A stretch of 54,027 nucleotides of DNA from Blastocatellia bacterium (GTDB taxonomy: Bacteria > Acidobacteriota > Blastocatellia > Chloracidobacteriales > Chloracidobacteriaceae). The stretch covers positions 1-54,027 of the forward strand of contig JAIBAN010000056.1 in assembly GCA_019695185.1 (NCBI GenBank), read 5' to 3'. Shown in pieces: positions 37,201 through 46,108 of the stretch (positions are counted from its first letter, which is position 1; every line of letters begins with the position of its first letter). Under the pieces are notes generated by a model that was not told where the DNA came from, searched no databases, and was given only the letters and a program-made list of their open reading frames with translations. The position numbers and the translations under genes were made by a program.

Positions 37201-37597
37201 GTTGACCCCTTTCCCTGGAGAGCTGGCCGGACGATTTCTTACCCAAGGCCCACAACCGAATTGGATGGCCGCCATGCGGTCAATGTACCGCGACCGGGCT
37301 GGCAATGCGGCCCTTCAGGCTCTGATTGCGTGTAGCGCCTACAACAAAAACCACGGCCATTTTCCCGAAACACTGGAGCTGGCGATGAAAGAATGTGGCG
37401 TAGCGGTCCCAATTGACCCGGTTACCCGCAAACCCATCGGATACCGCCTTGAAAACGGCAAACCCGTGGTGTGGCTGGCCGGGTTTGACGGAGTGGACAA
37501 TGGGGGTCAAACTCCCTATGAACCTGCCACAGGGCCGATGCTGCAACCTGGAACGGATGTTATTTTTTACTATGGTCAGGCCCATAAAGTCTGGTAA
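34271..37597 (+). CDS. Ser/Thr protein kinase with conserved N-terminal extension, TM segments and large C-terminal domain (ECF-sigma-associated STK)
   Basis: 1108 aa. N-terminus MTPERWKQVEEYFQLALDVPPSLRENRLAEFCENESIRREVMELF is the extension typical of sigma-linked STKs. Kinase motifs GKGGMGSVYRA, HRDLKPDNIWL, DFGLAK. Hydrophobic segments then ~550 aa of unknown domain. Confidence 0.85.
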   Translation: MTPERWKQVEEYFQLALDVPPSLRENRLAEFCENESIRREVMELFSYHDHEAAVDAPIQLASKIPTALANMIGQTLDGKYKIEQQLGKGGMGSVYRATHLGTGRTVAVKVITPELTLHPEFVERFKREAKAAGRLRHPNIVNVTDFGIAEKEGFQMAYLVMEYLDGFSLTKYLKDNGKLPVEKVFEILEQICPAIDAAHEQGVIHRDLKPDNIWLEPNGRGGLTVKILDFGLAKFRGAAGLLEADELLPAGQDTTPERLREILENRQIPAWTRSPLESGSERLTQLQSAGQTHHAGLTRTGVMMGTPLYMSPEQCRGGQVEAASDIYGLGVITFQMLAGTTPFAGETPKVISGHLYAEPPALAPLCPKLSRPVAAIVMEALAKNPVHRPSTAGSFLTAARLHHEGEHHLAREARHLFRTFFPQLTRVSVQSQGLWVAAACLTGAVLQAGIPFDLPGGWLIQAALWVIPFVCLLIGLEANAGTQTLSVEAIRRNQLTNQPFPEIQLNLKTTPQTMVGSTFKGLLSPSTLLATPVTAFEKITLPNAVTRSRRLLANLNPLALPLWLRQFTLAAGQLALTVLLLGTTHQIFQIFGENPASTFIVKLGVAFLGCLGLGVVFGTPLALTRGLLYFRAREVAGEQLDGGYHKVVELRPLTGNYGQRFRLPALVASTLLMALVLQTTYLLYIPPVGLPPRFDKPVARTVPTGENGWVEYNKALKKVGKTPKDTLDIPVNVTKYASGDAPELTQETQDFLDSNQEAMHHLLAGARFPQLSIPTNWNAADFEPLEPTKNILAFRSLNHIAMANCRRLVKEGKGKEAAELLMASYRLVSAVNQTDESVWTTLIAISGRGAGHTTLFYWYSQGGADAATEATVVKGLAASVTNASTPYQVFQKEYQLAGQNLYKRLMVDPFSTHTSPYGEERLENIVKLFPGLRTRTYQSFVDTNTFLLESFRPNLENWDLSHGDSTQKEIFRNYHWWLTPFPGELAGRFLTQGPQPNWMAAMRSMYRDRAGNAALQALIACSAYNKNHGHFPETLELAMKECGVAVPIDPVTRKPIGYRLENGKPVVWLAGFDGVDNGGQTPYEPATGPMLQPGTDVIFYYGQAHKVW

Positions 37598-37648
37598 GCC
37601 ACATCCCGACTGCACCTGAAACAAGGTACAACTGGAACCAAGCCAGGG

Positions 37649-37704
37649 TGACAGGATACAATCGCCGGACAAAAATTCGGCACCTGTCACCCTGTTTTTA
37701 TTTC
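37649..37704 (+). terminator. Intrinsic terminator after the STK
   Basis: AGGGTGACAGG ...inner hairpin... CCTGTCACCCT followed by GTTTTTATTT. Confidence 0.5.
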
Positions 37705-37737
37705 CCGGAACGCCTTCAAGGAAAAAACTTCCCGTTC

Positions 37738-38592
37738 ATGAAACCGAATTTAGCGCAGGAGCTTGAAAAGACCCTTGGAACCCCGCCGGTTCGCATCGCC
37801 CCGCTGTCGGGTGGATGTGTGGGCGAAGTCTATCGTGTCTGGCTCAAGGATGGTTCCTCGGTGGTTGCCAAAGTTGACCAGTCAAAGCAAGCCGTGCTCT
37901 CCTGCGAAGGGTTCATGTTGAACTACCTGCGGAAGTCAACGACCTTGCCGGTTCCCCAAGTCCTTTTTTCATCCAACCAGTTGTTGGTCATGGAGTTTCT
38001 TCCGGGAAGCAGCAGTTTTTCCCCACAGGCCGAAGTCCATGCCGCCCAATTGCTTGCCGGCCTTCATTCCATCCGGGCACACCAATTCGGCTTTGAACAA
38101 TCAACCCTGATAGGCGGCTTGGCACAGCCCAACCCATGGTCTGATTCCTGGATAACTTTCTTTCGGGAACAACGGCTGCTGTTCATGGCTCGTGAAGCTT
38201 TTCGCGTGGGGCATCTCTCCTCCGGACAACTGACTTCCATCGAAACACTTGCCCTGCAACTGGATACCCTGTTGGAAGAACCTGAGGCTCCGGCACTCAT
38301 CCATGGTGATGTCTGGAGCGGCAATGTCCTGGCCTTGTCCGACCACATCACCGGATTTCTGGACCCTGCCATTTATTTTGGCCATCCGGAAATCGAACTT
38401 GCCTTTATCACGCTCTTTGGCACGTTTGGGGACCGCTTTTTCAGCACCTATCATGAAATCCGCCCTATTCAGCCCGGTTTTTTTGAAACCCGGCGTGATG
38501 TTTACAACCTCTATCCCCTGCTGGTTCATGCCCGGCTGTTTGGCGGCAGTTATGCCCAATCAGTTGAAAGAACCGTCAAAAGGTTTCTGTAA
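37738..38592 (+). CDS. Fructosamine-3-kinase family protein (aminoglycoside-phosphotransferase-like)
   Basis: Start MKPNLAQELEKTLG.... Motifs LIHGDVWSGNVL and FLDPAIYFGHPEIELAFITLFGTF match the fructosamine kinase family. Confidence 0.75.
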   Translation: MKPNLAQELEKTLGTPPVRIAPLSGGCVGEVYRVWLKDGSSVVAKVDQSKQAVLSCEGFMLNYLRKSTTLPVPQVLFSSNQLLVMEFLPGSSSFSPQAEVHAAQLLAGLHSIRAHQFGFEQSTLIGGLAQPNPWSDSWITFFREQRLLFMAREAFRVGHLSSGQLTSIETLALQLDTLLEEPEAPALIHGDVWSGNVLALSDHITGFLDPAIYFGHPEIELAFITLFGTFGDRFFSTYHEIRPIQPGFFETRRDVYNLYPLLVHARLFGGSYAQSVERTVKRFL

Positions 38593-38754
38593 TTGGAGTT
38601 CGAGTCTTTTGAAGGCAAAGGGCCAATGCCTGGGTTCCCCCGCCTCGTGCAACTTCCCTATAGTCAAAACTCAAAAAACTCGGTAGTGTTACCCAACCGC
38701 AAAACATTGCTGAGTTTCTTCCAGGGTTGACCTGCTTGGGCAGACTGAACAAAC

Positions 38755-38845
38755 AGTCTTGAGGGTCTTGAGGGTCTTGGGAATCTTGGGAGTCTTGGGA
38801 GTCAACACCAATTCTCAATTCTCAATTCTCAATTCTCAATTCTCC
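38755..38845. repeat. Compound array of TCTTGAGGG/TCTTGGGAG and AATTCTC x5 heptamers
   Basis: gtcttgagggtcttgagggtcttgggaatcttgggagtcttgggagtc...aattctcaattctcaattctcaattctc. Confidence 0.75.
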
Positions 38846-38878
38846 AACCGCCCCTTTTCCCCAGAAATCTGAAATTGT

Positions 38879-40549
38879 ATGGCGTTACTCGGCAACATCA
38901 AGAAAGGGACCCTTCCCAATTTATTGCGGGCGCTTGGTTTGCGCCGCGCCACGGCAACCCTGGTTTGTGAAAAAAGCCCCAAGGAACGTGCCACCGTCCA
39001 CATGATTGAAGGGAAACTTCATCGGGCCTGGCTGGGTGATGCCACGGGTGAAAATGCCCTCTCGGAATTGTTTCGCTGGCACGAGGGCTATTATTACCTG
39101 ATTAAGGGCCGGATTGAGGAAAACGTTGGCACCATTGGTGCTCCCGCAGGCAGCGGTGATACCCGAAAACATATCCTGGTGGTTGATGATGACGCTCAAA
39201 CCACCGCATTGATTGAACGCCACCTGGAGCGCGAAGGTTATCGGGTCAGTATCGCTTTTGAGGGGCGGCACGCGCTCGACCTGATTTCCAATGTCAAACC
39301 GGATTTGGTCCTGCTTGACGTGATGATGCCCGGATTGAACGGCCTGGAAGTGGCCCGCCGTCTGCGGGAACAGCCCGAAACCGAGAAAATCCCGATTATC
39401 ATCATCAGCGCCATTGTGCGCGAGGTTCCCGAAGCCTACAAAAAATGGAACTGGCCTTTTTTGGCCAAACCTTTCAAGGCCCTGACCCTGATTGAAACGG
39501 TTCGGAACGAAGTTGCCAAACCGCCGGCCACTCCCGATTTTACCTTGACCCGGTTTGACCTGGACCCTCATATCTCAGCCGAAATCATTGATATTTTGGC
39601 CACTGACCTGCCGCTGCCTTCACCTGAGACGATTTTTGGCAAAACCGAAGCGCTGGAAATCAGGCTGGCATTGGGAAACTTTGAAGAGGAAACCGTTCGC
39701 TTTTTTGACCTCTTTGACGGGGTTCGGTCCATTGGGGAAATTCTCAGACAACATGCCATTGCCGCAGCCAAAATCAACTTGTTGACCGCCCACATGGTCA
39801 CGTTTGGGTTGCTTGAAAAAATCGAACCGCTCCCGACCCATTCAACCGGCAAGACCGCCCGGCTCTTGTTATCCCAGTTTGATGCTTTAGGTGTTGCCGG
39901 AACCACCGCCCCACTGCCTGCGGCGGGAAGCGTTCCGGAAATCGTCGAGGAACCGGAACCAGCGCCACCTCCGGTTCCAGCCCTGGAATTTTTTACCCCG
40001 GAAGAAGTCGAACTCCTCCGCCGTCATTTGCACAAACGGTTTGGAGCCGGTTCCAACTGTGCCAAAATTGTTGTGTTCGGACTGGTGGGGGCAGTCCAGG
40101 CAGCGTTCCTGGCCTCCGTTCGGACCTTGGGCCATGCTTTTCAGGACCGGTTGACCGAACCGGTCACCTTTCAGACGCCGCCCATTCCCGGCTCGGAACT
40201 GGCACGGTTGCCGCTGGCACCTGATTGTGGAATCCAACTTTACCATGTCACCGTGGAAGGCGAACTGCCCCGCCTGATTCGCCATGTCGGCAGCGATTTG
40301 TGGGGAGCCGTCTACGTCATTGATGCCCACAATCGGTTTGAACTGAATTACACCAAATACCTGTTGAATTCGATGAGTGAATCCTATCGGCTGCCCTTTG
40401 TGGCTGCCGTGTTTGACCGGACCCAGGCCACCATTGACATGGCAGCCATTGCGGAGGCCATCGGAACTGATACCGACCACCTCACCGCCATTGATGTGGC
40501 TTCACCACAATCGGTCTTGGAAATGTTACGGAAGCTGCTTGAGGATTGA
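38879..40549 (+). CDS. Response-regulator receiver protein with DUF4388/PATAN-like N-terminal domain and C-terminal degenerate small-GTPase-like domain
   Basis: DUF4388-like LPNLLRALGLRRATATLVCE...HMIEGKLHRA...GENALSELFRWHEGYYYL. REC domain ILVVDDD...DLVLLDVMMPGLNGLEV...IPIIIISA. C-terminal KIVVFGLVGAVQAAFL ... AVYVIDAHNRFELNYTKYL ... VAAVFDRTQ resembles Ras-like G1/G4 elements but lacks GKS/T and NKxD. Confidence 0.55.
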   Translation: MALLGNIKKGTLPNLLRALGLRRATATLVCEKSPKERATVHMIEGKLHRAWLGDATGENALSELFRWHEGYYYLIKGRIEENVGTIGAPAGSGDTRKHILVVDDDAQTTALIERHLEREGYRVSIAFEGRHALDLISNVKPDLVLLDVMMPGLNGLEVARRLREQPETEKIPIIIISAIVREVPEAYKKWNWPFLAKPFKALTLIETVRNEVAKPPATPDFTLTRFDLDPHISAEIIDILATDLPLPSPETIFGKTEALEIRLALGNFEEETVRFFDLFDGVRSIGEILRQHAIAAAKINLLTAHMVTFGLLEKIEPLPTHSTGKTARLLLSQFDALGVAGTTAPLPAAGSVPEIVEEPEPAPPPVPALEFFTPEEVELLRRHLHKRFGAGSNCAKIVVFGLVGAVQAAFLASVRTLGHAFQDRLTEPVTFQTPPIPGSELARLPLAPDCGIQLYHVTVEGELPRLIRHVGSDLWGAVYVIDAHNRFELNYTKYLLNSMSESYRLPFVAAVFDRTQATIDMAAIAEAIGTDTDHLTAIDVASPQSVLEMLRKLLED

Positions 40550-41047
40550 AACAAGGCGGGAAAAAAATTAGGGGAAAGCTTTCCTCCCACTAGCACGGGC
40601 ATCCTGCGGAAGTCCTGCCCTTCCCGTGCATAGGTTCAGCCGTCACGCCACCTTTGAGAGGAAATCTTTCCCGAACGGCCTCTTTGTAGCTCGGATTTAT
40701 TGCGAAATTATTGCGTGAAAAATTTTTTTGAAAAATTTCTGCTATTTATTTGCTCGAAGTTCAGCCTTGTGGCCTGAGGTTGGAATTCTTTGACCACAGG
40801 CACAGAAGGGCAAAGAACACACAGAAATCCGGCTTTCTTTGTGAAACTGAAGCAGCGAGGGCCGCCCTCTATCAATCAATGCTTGGGATTTGCTTGAGCC
40901 TGGAACTTTTGGTTGGCCTGGGTACTTCATCCGATTTGAGGCCAATTGGACCTTGACTGATAGGGTACCATCCCGGCACGGCGCTTTCTTTGGATCGGTG
41001 TTGCTTTTTTTGCGGTCCTTCCATTTCTCGACTTCGCCGAGGATTAT

Positions 41048-41833
41048 ATGCAATTGGCAATGTTTCAGGTTGACGCCTTTACCGACCAAGTGTTTGGCGG
41101 TAACCCGGCTGCGGTTTGCCCTCTTGAACATTGGCTGCCTGATGCAGTCATGAAAAAGATAGCCATGGAAAATGCCGTGGCGGAAACAGCCTTTTTCATT
41201 CCACATCCGGAAGGATTCGCCATTCGCTGGTTCAGCCCGGAGATTGAGCTTGACCTGTGTGGCCATGCGACTCTCGCCACGGCGCATGTCCTGGCCCGGC
41301 ATTTTCACTACCCTGCAACCACAATTCACTTTCAATCTCCAAGTGGAAAACTATCGGTAGAAGTGTCGGAATCGCGCCTGACTTTGAATTTCCCTTCCCG
41401 ACCGCCTGTCCCCTGTGAGGTTCCTGAACTCATCCTCAAATCGCTTCCAGTCAAACCTTTGGCAGCCTTCAAAGCACGGGATTATGTGCTGCTCTATGAA
41501 ACCGAAGAAATTGTCCGCTGTCTGACACCCCATCAAAGTCTAATGAACCAGATCAATATTGACCCTGGTGGGGTTATTGTCACGGCACCCGGCACCGAAG
41601 TTGATTTTGTTTCACGTTTTTTTACCCCCCAGGCGAGTATCTTTGAAGACCCGGTGACCGGTTCGGCTCATTGTTCCTTGATTCCATTCTGGAGCCAGCG
41701 CTTGGGCCGAAAATCACTCATGGCCTTGCAGGTCTCACCACGGGGGGGAAAACTGTATTGTCAGGACTTGGGTGAACGGGTTCTCATTGCCGGTTCAGCC
41801 GTGACCTATTTTACAGGCAAAATTACCATTTGA
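41048..41833 (+). CDS. PhzF-family phenazine-biosynthesis-like isomerase (YddE-like)
   Basis: MQLAMFQVDAFTDQVFGGNPAAVCPLEHWLPDAVMKKIAMENAVAETAFF... with full-length PhzF fold hallmarks. Confidence 0.85.
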   Translation: MQLAMFQVDAFTDQVFGGNPAAVCPLEHWLPDAVMKKIAMENAVAETAFFIPHPEGFAIRWFSPEIELDLCGHATLATAHVLARHFHYPATTIHFQSPSGKLSVEVSESRLTLNFPSRPPVPCEVPELILKSLPVKPLAAFKARDYVLLYETEEIVRCLTPHQSLMNQINIDPGGVIVTAPGTEVDFVSRFFTPQASIFEDPVTGSAHCSLIPFWSQRLGRKSLMALQVSPRGGKLYCQDLGERVLIAGSAVTYFTGKITI

Positions 41834-41910
41834 GGTGACCCCAGCCAGACTGCCTGGAGGGTGACTGCCCCAGGTGAACGGATTGCACCACCGCACGTTC
41901 ATCAGAAAAT

Positions 41911-44235
41911 TCACTCTTTCACCACATAGACCTTGCCCTCAAACACCACCACCACTCTGGTTCCCAGGGCGAAAAAGTCCGCCAGTTTCGGCTTTTGCTG
42001 GAGCAGGGCGAAATAGGCATCGCTGCCGAATTTCACTTCCACGGTTGCGGTCTTGGCCTCTGGCTTGAAGTCGTCATCCGTCCAGACATCATCCAGCAGC
42101 CGGAAGGTTTTCTTACCCACCGTGCGCACAGTGCTGGATTCATACCGTTCGGCCTTGTCGGCATCTTTGAGCTTGGCGGTTTCCTTGCTCACCCGCACAG
42201 CCGATTCACCTGTCACGGCCACAATTTCAGACGAATTGCTCTGGCTCATCACCCCATCTGCCGTTGAGCCCGGCACACCACCCGGAGCGGACTTCCGGGC
42301 CGCCATCTGGTCTCGGCGGTCCCCTTCGCGGGCACGGCCACCGCTGCCCGCCCCCAATCCGCCGGAAACCATCGGAGCCGGACGATTTTGAGCGGTTATC
42401 GGCTGTCCCGGACGGTAATTGTCTTCCGTTGCCAGATATGAGGTGTAGGGCGTCACAATGCCATATCTTGTGCCCAGGTCGATGATTTCGTCGGTCAGTT
42501 CCTTATGTTCGCCATTCTGCCGAATCTGTTCCATCAAGGCTCCCACCCGGCGGGTGGCCCAGAGCTTCGGCAAAAATTCATTCTCGGATTGCACTCGTGG
42601 AAAAGCTTGTTCCTCAAAACCAAAGACCTGTTCCCGTCCCTGCACGTTGCCGGTCAGCTTGACGGTCACTTTGCGGTCGGAATCGTTGCGATACCGTCCG
42701 ACCACCACCAACTGCCCGCCCCGAAATAAATCAGGCAGGCTGCGTGGGTAGACATAATCGGTCGTCACACTGCCGAAATCGAGTTTGGTATCGGACAGGA
42801 CCGGATAATTGACCCGGCCAAAGAAGTTTGAAACCCGGACTTCGAGGTCTTCATTCGGTTCAATGTAATCACTGACACCCCGGTTGTTTTGCGCCAGCGC
42901 GTCCAACAGCCGCGTGTTGACATCATAGCCAACGCCAAAGGTGAACAGCCGCACATTGGCTGCATTCGACTTTTTGACCATTTGCTCAATGGCGTTTGGG
43001 TCGGTTGGTCCGACAGTTGGCAAACCGTCGGTCATAAACACAATCATGCGGGTATTTTCTGAATTGGAGGGGAACAGTTTGAGCGCAGCCGCCAGCGAAT
43101 CATGAATATTGGTTCCGCCTTCGGCCCGAAAACCATTGACGTACTCAGTTGCCCGCCGGATGTTTTCCGGAGTCGCCTGAATCAAACCGTTTTCAAACAG
43201 ATGTTCCTCACCCGAAAACTTAATCACGTTAAAGCGGTCCTGTCCGCCCAGCGAATTCAATCCGAACCGGAGCGCATTTTTGGCCTTTTCGATTTTTTCA
43301 CCACTCATTGAACCTGAGGTGTCAAACACGAACACAATCTCCTTGGTCAGCCGCTCGCGTTCGGAAACGACGACTTTCGGAGCCACCAGCATCAGGAAAT
43401 ACCCATCCTTGCCGGGTTCGCGGTGGGTCAGCAGGCTGACACCGAAATCCTTGTCACTCAATCCATAATAGAGTTGGAAATCCTCGGCGGCTTTGGTTCC
43501 GCCGGATTCAAAACTGAGGCGGGCCTTGCGCTCGCCATCCCGCTTGAGGTCAATCGAATGACTGGGTGAGTACACGGTTTTGACCGGAATCTGGGAATCA
43601 ATCTCAACCACACCGGCCACCGTCTGAGCGGGGGCTCCCATCGCCCGCTGGCCGCTGGCCAACGGATACCGATAGGCGACCAGGCCGTTTTCCGCCGTCA
43701 GCACCTGCGAATAGACCAGTTCTATTTTCTTTTCACTGTTGCCCGGAATCGGGAAAACACTCGCCTGAAACAGGTCTTTACCGACGTATTCAAGCAGTCC
43801 GGGGTCACGCATGGTGCGGACAATATCGTTGTAAATCTGACGGGCTTTGTTTTTTTCGACCACTTCACCCACCAGTCGGCGCGGTCCGTCCCAAATGGCA
43901 AACTCCGACAGCGCAGCATTTTCCGGAATCGGAAAACAATAGGTTCCTTCCAGTGTGGCGGGCGTTTCGTTCAGAAAAATCTGTTCCACCGAGGTCCGCG
44001 CCACCTGATTTTTAATGGTGGTCGTCACTTTGACGCTTTTTACTTTCAGCGTATGGGGTAACGGAACCGGTCTGGGCAGCGGGCGCGGCACCGGGCGGGT
44101 GATGTCCGGTTCCCGTGGAATCAGAATGCCCTGGGCCAAAGCCGAGCCTGTCAGTCCCCAAACCGACACGGCAATCAGCAGAAAAACTCCCCGGCAAAAT
44201 CCGGGGATTGCGATTGAAGTATTGTAGTGGTGCAT
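41911..44235 (-). CDS. Secreted VIT + von Willebrand factor A domain protein
   Basis: Start at MHHYNTSIAIPGFCRGVFLLIAVSVWGLTGSALAQG (signal peptide, GGAGG RBS). VIT domain (LKVKSVKVTTTIKNQVARTSVEQIF...). VWA MIDAS IVFVFDTSGSMSG. Confidence 0.8.
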   Translation of the reverse strand: MHHYNTSIAIPGFCRGVFLLIAVSVWGLTGSALAQGILIPREPDITRPVPRPLPRPVPLPHTLKVKSVKVTTTIKNQVARTSVEQIFLNETPATLEGTYCFPIPENAALSEFAIWDGPRRLVGEVVEKNKARQIYNDIVRTMRDPGLLEYVGKDLFQASVFPIPGNSEKKIELVYSQVLTAENGLVAYRYPLASGQRAMGAPAQTVAGVVEIDSQIPVKTVYSPSHSIDLKRDGERKARLSFESGGTKAAEDFQLYYGLSDKDFGVSLLTHREPGKDGYFLMLVAPKVVVSERERLTKEIVFVFDTSGSMSGEKIEKAKNALRFGLNSLGGQDRFNVIKFSGEEHLFENGLIQATPENIRRATEYVNGFRAEGGTNIHDSLAAALKLFPSNSENTRMIVFMTDGLPTVGPTDPNAIEQMVKKSNAANVRLFTFGVGYDVNTRLLDALAQNNRGVSDYIEPNEDLEVRVSNFFGRVNYPVLSDTKLDFGSVTTDYVYPRSLPDLFRGGQLVVVGRYRNDSDRKVTVKLTGNVQGREQVFGFEEQAFPRVQSENEFLPKLWATRRVGALMEQIRQNGEHKELTDEIIDLGTRYGIVTPYTSYLATEDNYRPGQPITAQNRPAPMVSGGLGAGSGGRAREGDRRDQMAARKSAPGGVPGSTADGVMSQSNSSEIVAVTGESAVRVSKETAKLKDADKAERYESSTVRTVGKKTFRLLDDVWTDDDFKPEAKTATVEVKFGSDAYFALLQQKPKLADFFALGTRVVVVFEGKVYVVKE

Positions 44236-44360
44236 GGAATAAGCCTCCAACAAAGTAAACGAATGAAATCCGGTGGTTGGGGCTGTTGTCGCCTGGGAGG
44301 GGAAATGGTTCCAAAGAAAATGTTCAGGCCGGTCCAAAGGCTGCGGATGTCCAACCAGGT

Positions 44361-44732
44361 CTAGGACAAATCCCGCATAACCTCTCCCAACACGGTTCTG
44401 ACCCGTTCGTATTCGGCCTGCAAATCGATGTAAAGCGCAGCGCCTCCTTCAGTCTTTCCAGCGGCTCCCATTTGTTCCAATTGCAGACAGATTTGCGCCA
44501 TTTTCAAGGCTCCAACATTGCTGCAACTACCTTTCAGGCTGTGGGCTGCCCGTTTAAGCTGGTTGGGGTCAGTGTGCTCCAAAGCTTTTCCAATATTGTG
44601 TAAATGGGTTGGTGAATCACTGACAAACAAATCAAGGATTTCGATAAAAGGCGCAATATCATCGTCTTCCTGCATGATTTCACGCAGATTTTCCAAAACC
44701 CCTGCGTCAACCGAATCATTGGAAAGTATCAT
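44361..44732 (-). CDS. Hpt (histidine phosphotransfer) domain protein
   Basis: 123 aa. HSLKGSCSNVGA phosphorelay His motif. Confidence 0.75.
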   Translation of the reverse strand: MILSNDSVDAGVLENLREIMQEDDDIAPFIEILDLFVSDSPTHLHNIGKALEHTDPNQLKRAAHSLKGSCSNVGALKMAQICLQLEQMGAAGKTEGGAALYIDLQAEYERVRTVLGEVMRDLS

Positions 44733-44853
44733 GGAGGTGGTTCCTTTTTGCCATTTGCCATTTATGAAAAAGGCGGTCGGAAATTCAGGGAAATGCCTTT
44801 GAGCAATGATGAATTGCTCCTACACAAATGGAAATCGCCAATGCTGCTGTCGG

Positions 44854-45864
44854 CTACTGGGTGCGTTCCAATTCTTCTTCCTTCTGTGTCTTGCGAATCA
44901 TAATGGTTTCAGCATCATCCGGATTGGCCAGATGTTCGTTGGTGTCGTAAGACAAATCACCTGACATCAGCATGCGACCGGCAACCTGGTCGGGTGAATG
45001 AATCAGCTCAAACCGCACCCGTGCGCCGCCCAAACACAAAACATCCCCGTCATAAAGCTGCACCCGCTGGCGAAAATTGGTTGAAATGGGTACATCAATC
45101 ACGGCTCCGGCGCGTTCGACCGAACTCCCGTTGGCGCTGCCCGTGTCGTAAAAGAAAAACTCCCCGTCTTCAAAGACCACTTTGGCATGCTGGCGTGACA
45201 CACTGGCATTGACCGAATCGGGCACATGTTGCCGGGCAAAAACAAAATCATTGCGGCGGATGACCTGATTGGTGGCCTTGTCCATTACGTTACGCAACCG
45301 CCCCATAAACACCGTTGGGCGGGTGATGGTGTAATCGTTGCGATAGACTTCGGCATTGAGCGCAGTCAGACGGGCCAACCGGGGGATTTCAGGTTTCGGC
45401 TCGCAAACTTCCAAAATCTTGCGGGCTCCGGTGTCAAACTTGGCAGTGACTTGTTCCAACGATTCTTCTTCTGCCGGCCAATCAAAAAACAGATAACAGG
45501 GGCCACCGAGTTCCCGCTGGTCGGGTTCGGCAAATTTGATTTCCACCCGCATGAAATCAAAGAGTTTATACCCGGACTCGGTGATGTATTCATACAGGTA
45601 TTTCATAAACACCATCGAGTTGAAAAGCACCTCGACTTCTTCGAGCTTTTCGGCGTGCGGTTCCATCACATACACGGTCAGCAAATTCGGCACATAGGTG
45701 GCTCCGTCAAGAAACTCAAAACGGCGGTCCGTCAGTTGTTCCTCAATTTGCTCCACAATCGCCGCCGGGTTCACATCGGCAAACGTCAGCCAGTAATTCG
45801 CTTCAATCGAAAGACGTAAAAAGTGCTCCAATTCCTGCAAACTCAAACTTTGATGTTCAGACAT
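44854..45864 (-). CDS. FhaA-like protein (N-terminal DUF3662 + C-terminal FHA domain)
   Basis: N-domain VPNLLTVYVMEPHAEKLEEV...ESGYKLFDFMRVEIKF parallels the mycobacterial FhaA DUF3662 pattern. C-terminal FHA: TVFMGR...SRQHAKVVFEDGEFFFYDTGSANGSSV. Confidence 0.7.
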   Translation of the reverse strand: MSEHQSLSLQELEHFLRLSIEANYWLTFADVNPAAIVEQIEEQLTDRRFEFLDGATYVPNLLTVYVMEPHAEKLEEVEVLFNSMVFMKYLYEYITESGYKLFDFMRVEIKFAEPDQRELGGPCYLFFDWPAEEESLEQVTAKFDTGARKILEVCEPKPEIPRLARLTALNAEVYRNDYTITRPTVFMGRLRNVMDKATNQVIRRNDFVFARQHVPDSVNASVSRQHAKVVFEDGEFFFYDTGSANGSSVERAGAVIDVPISTNFRQRVQLYDGDVLCLGGARVRFELIHSPDQVAGRMLMSGDLSYDTNEHLANPDDAETIMIRKTQKEEELERTQ

Positions 45865-46108
45865 GGTCGCCCCCTGGTACCCTTTTTGTTGATAAACTCA
45901 AGCAATTGAACGAAGAAAGATGGTGAGCACAAGCAACCGCATTGTACTGAAATCAGCCCGTGGCACAAGGGTGAAGAGGTGAAAGGGTGAAGAGGTGCCA
46001 CAGTGCCGGGATGATTTCTGGTCAGTACCGCCTGCGGCAGCGGGCGGCTCCGGGTCAGTACCGCCTGCGGCAGCGGGCGGCCTCTCCATAAGGCTCGGCA
46101 TAGAGAAA

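Noticed and set aside
40742-41335. 197-aa minus-strand ORF
   Set aside because: Overlaps the confidently identified phzF-family gene. The remainder lies in the AT-rich non-coding island.
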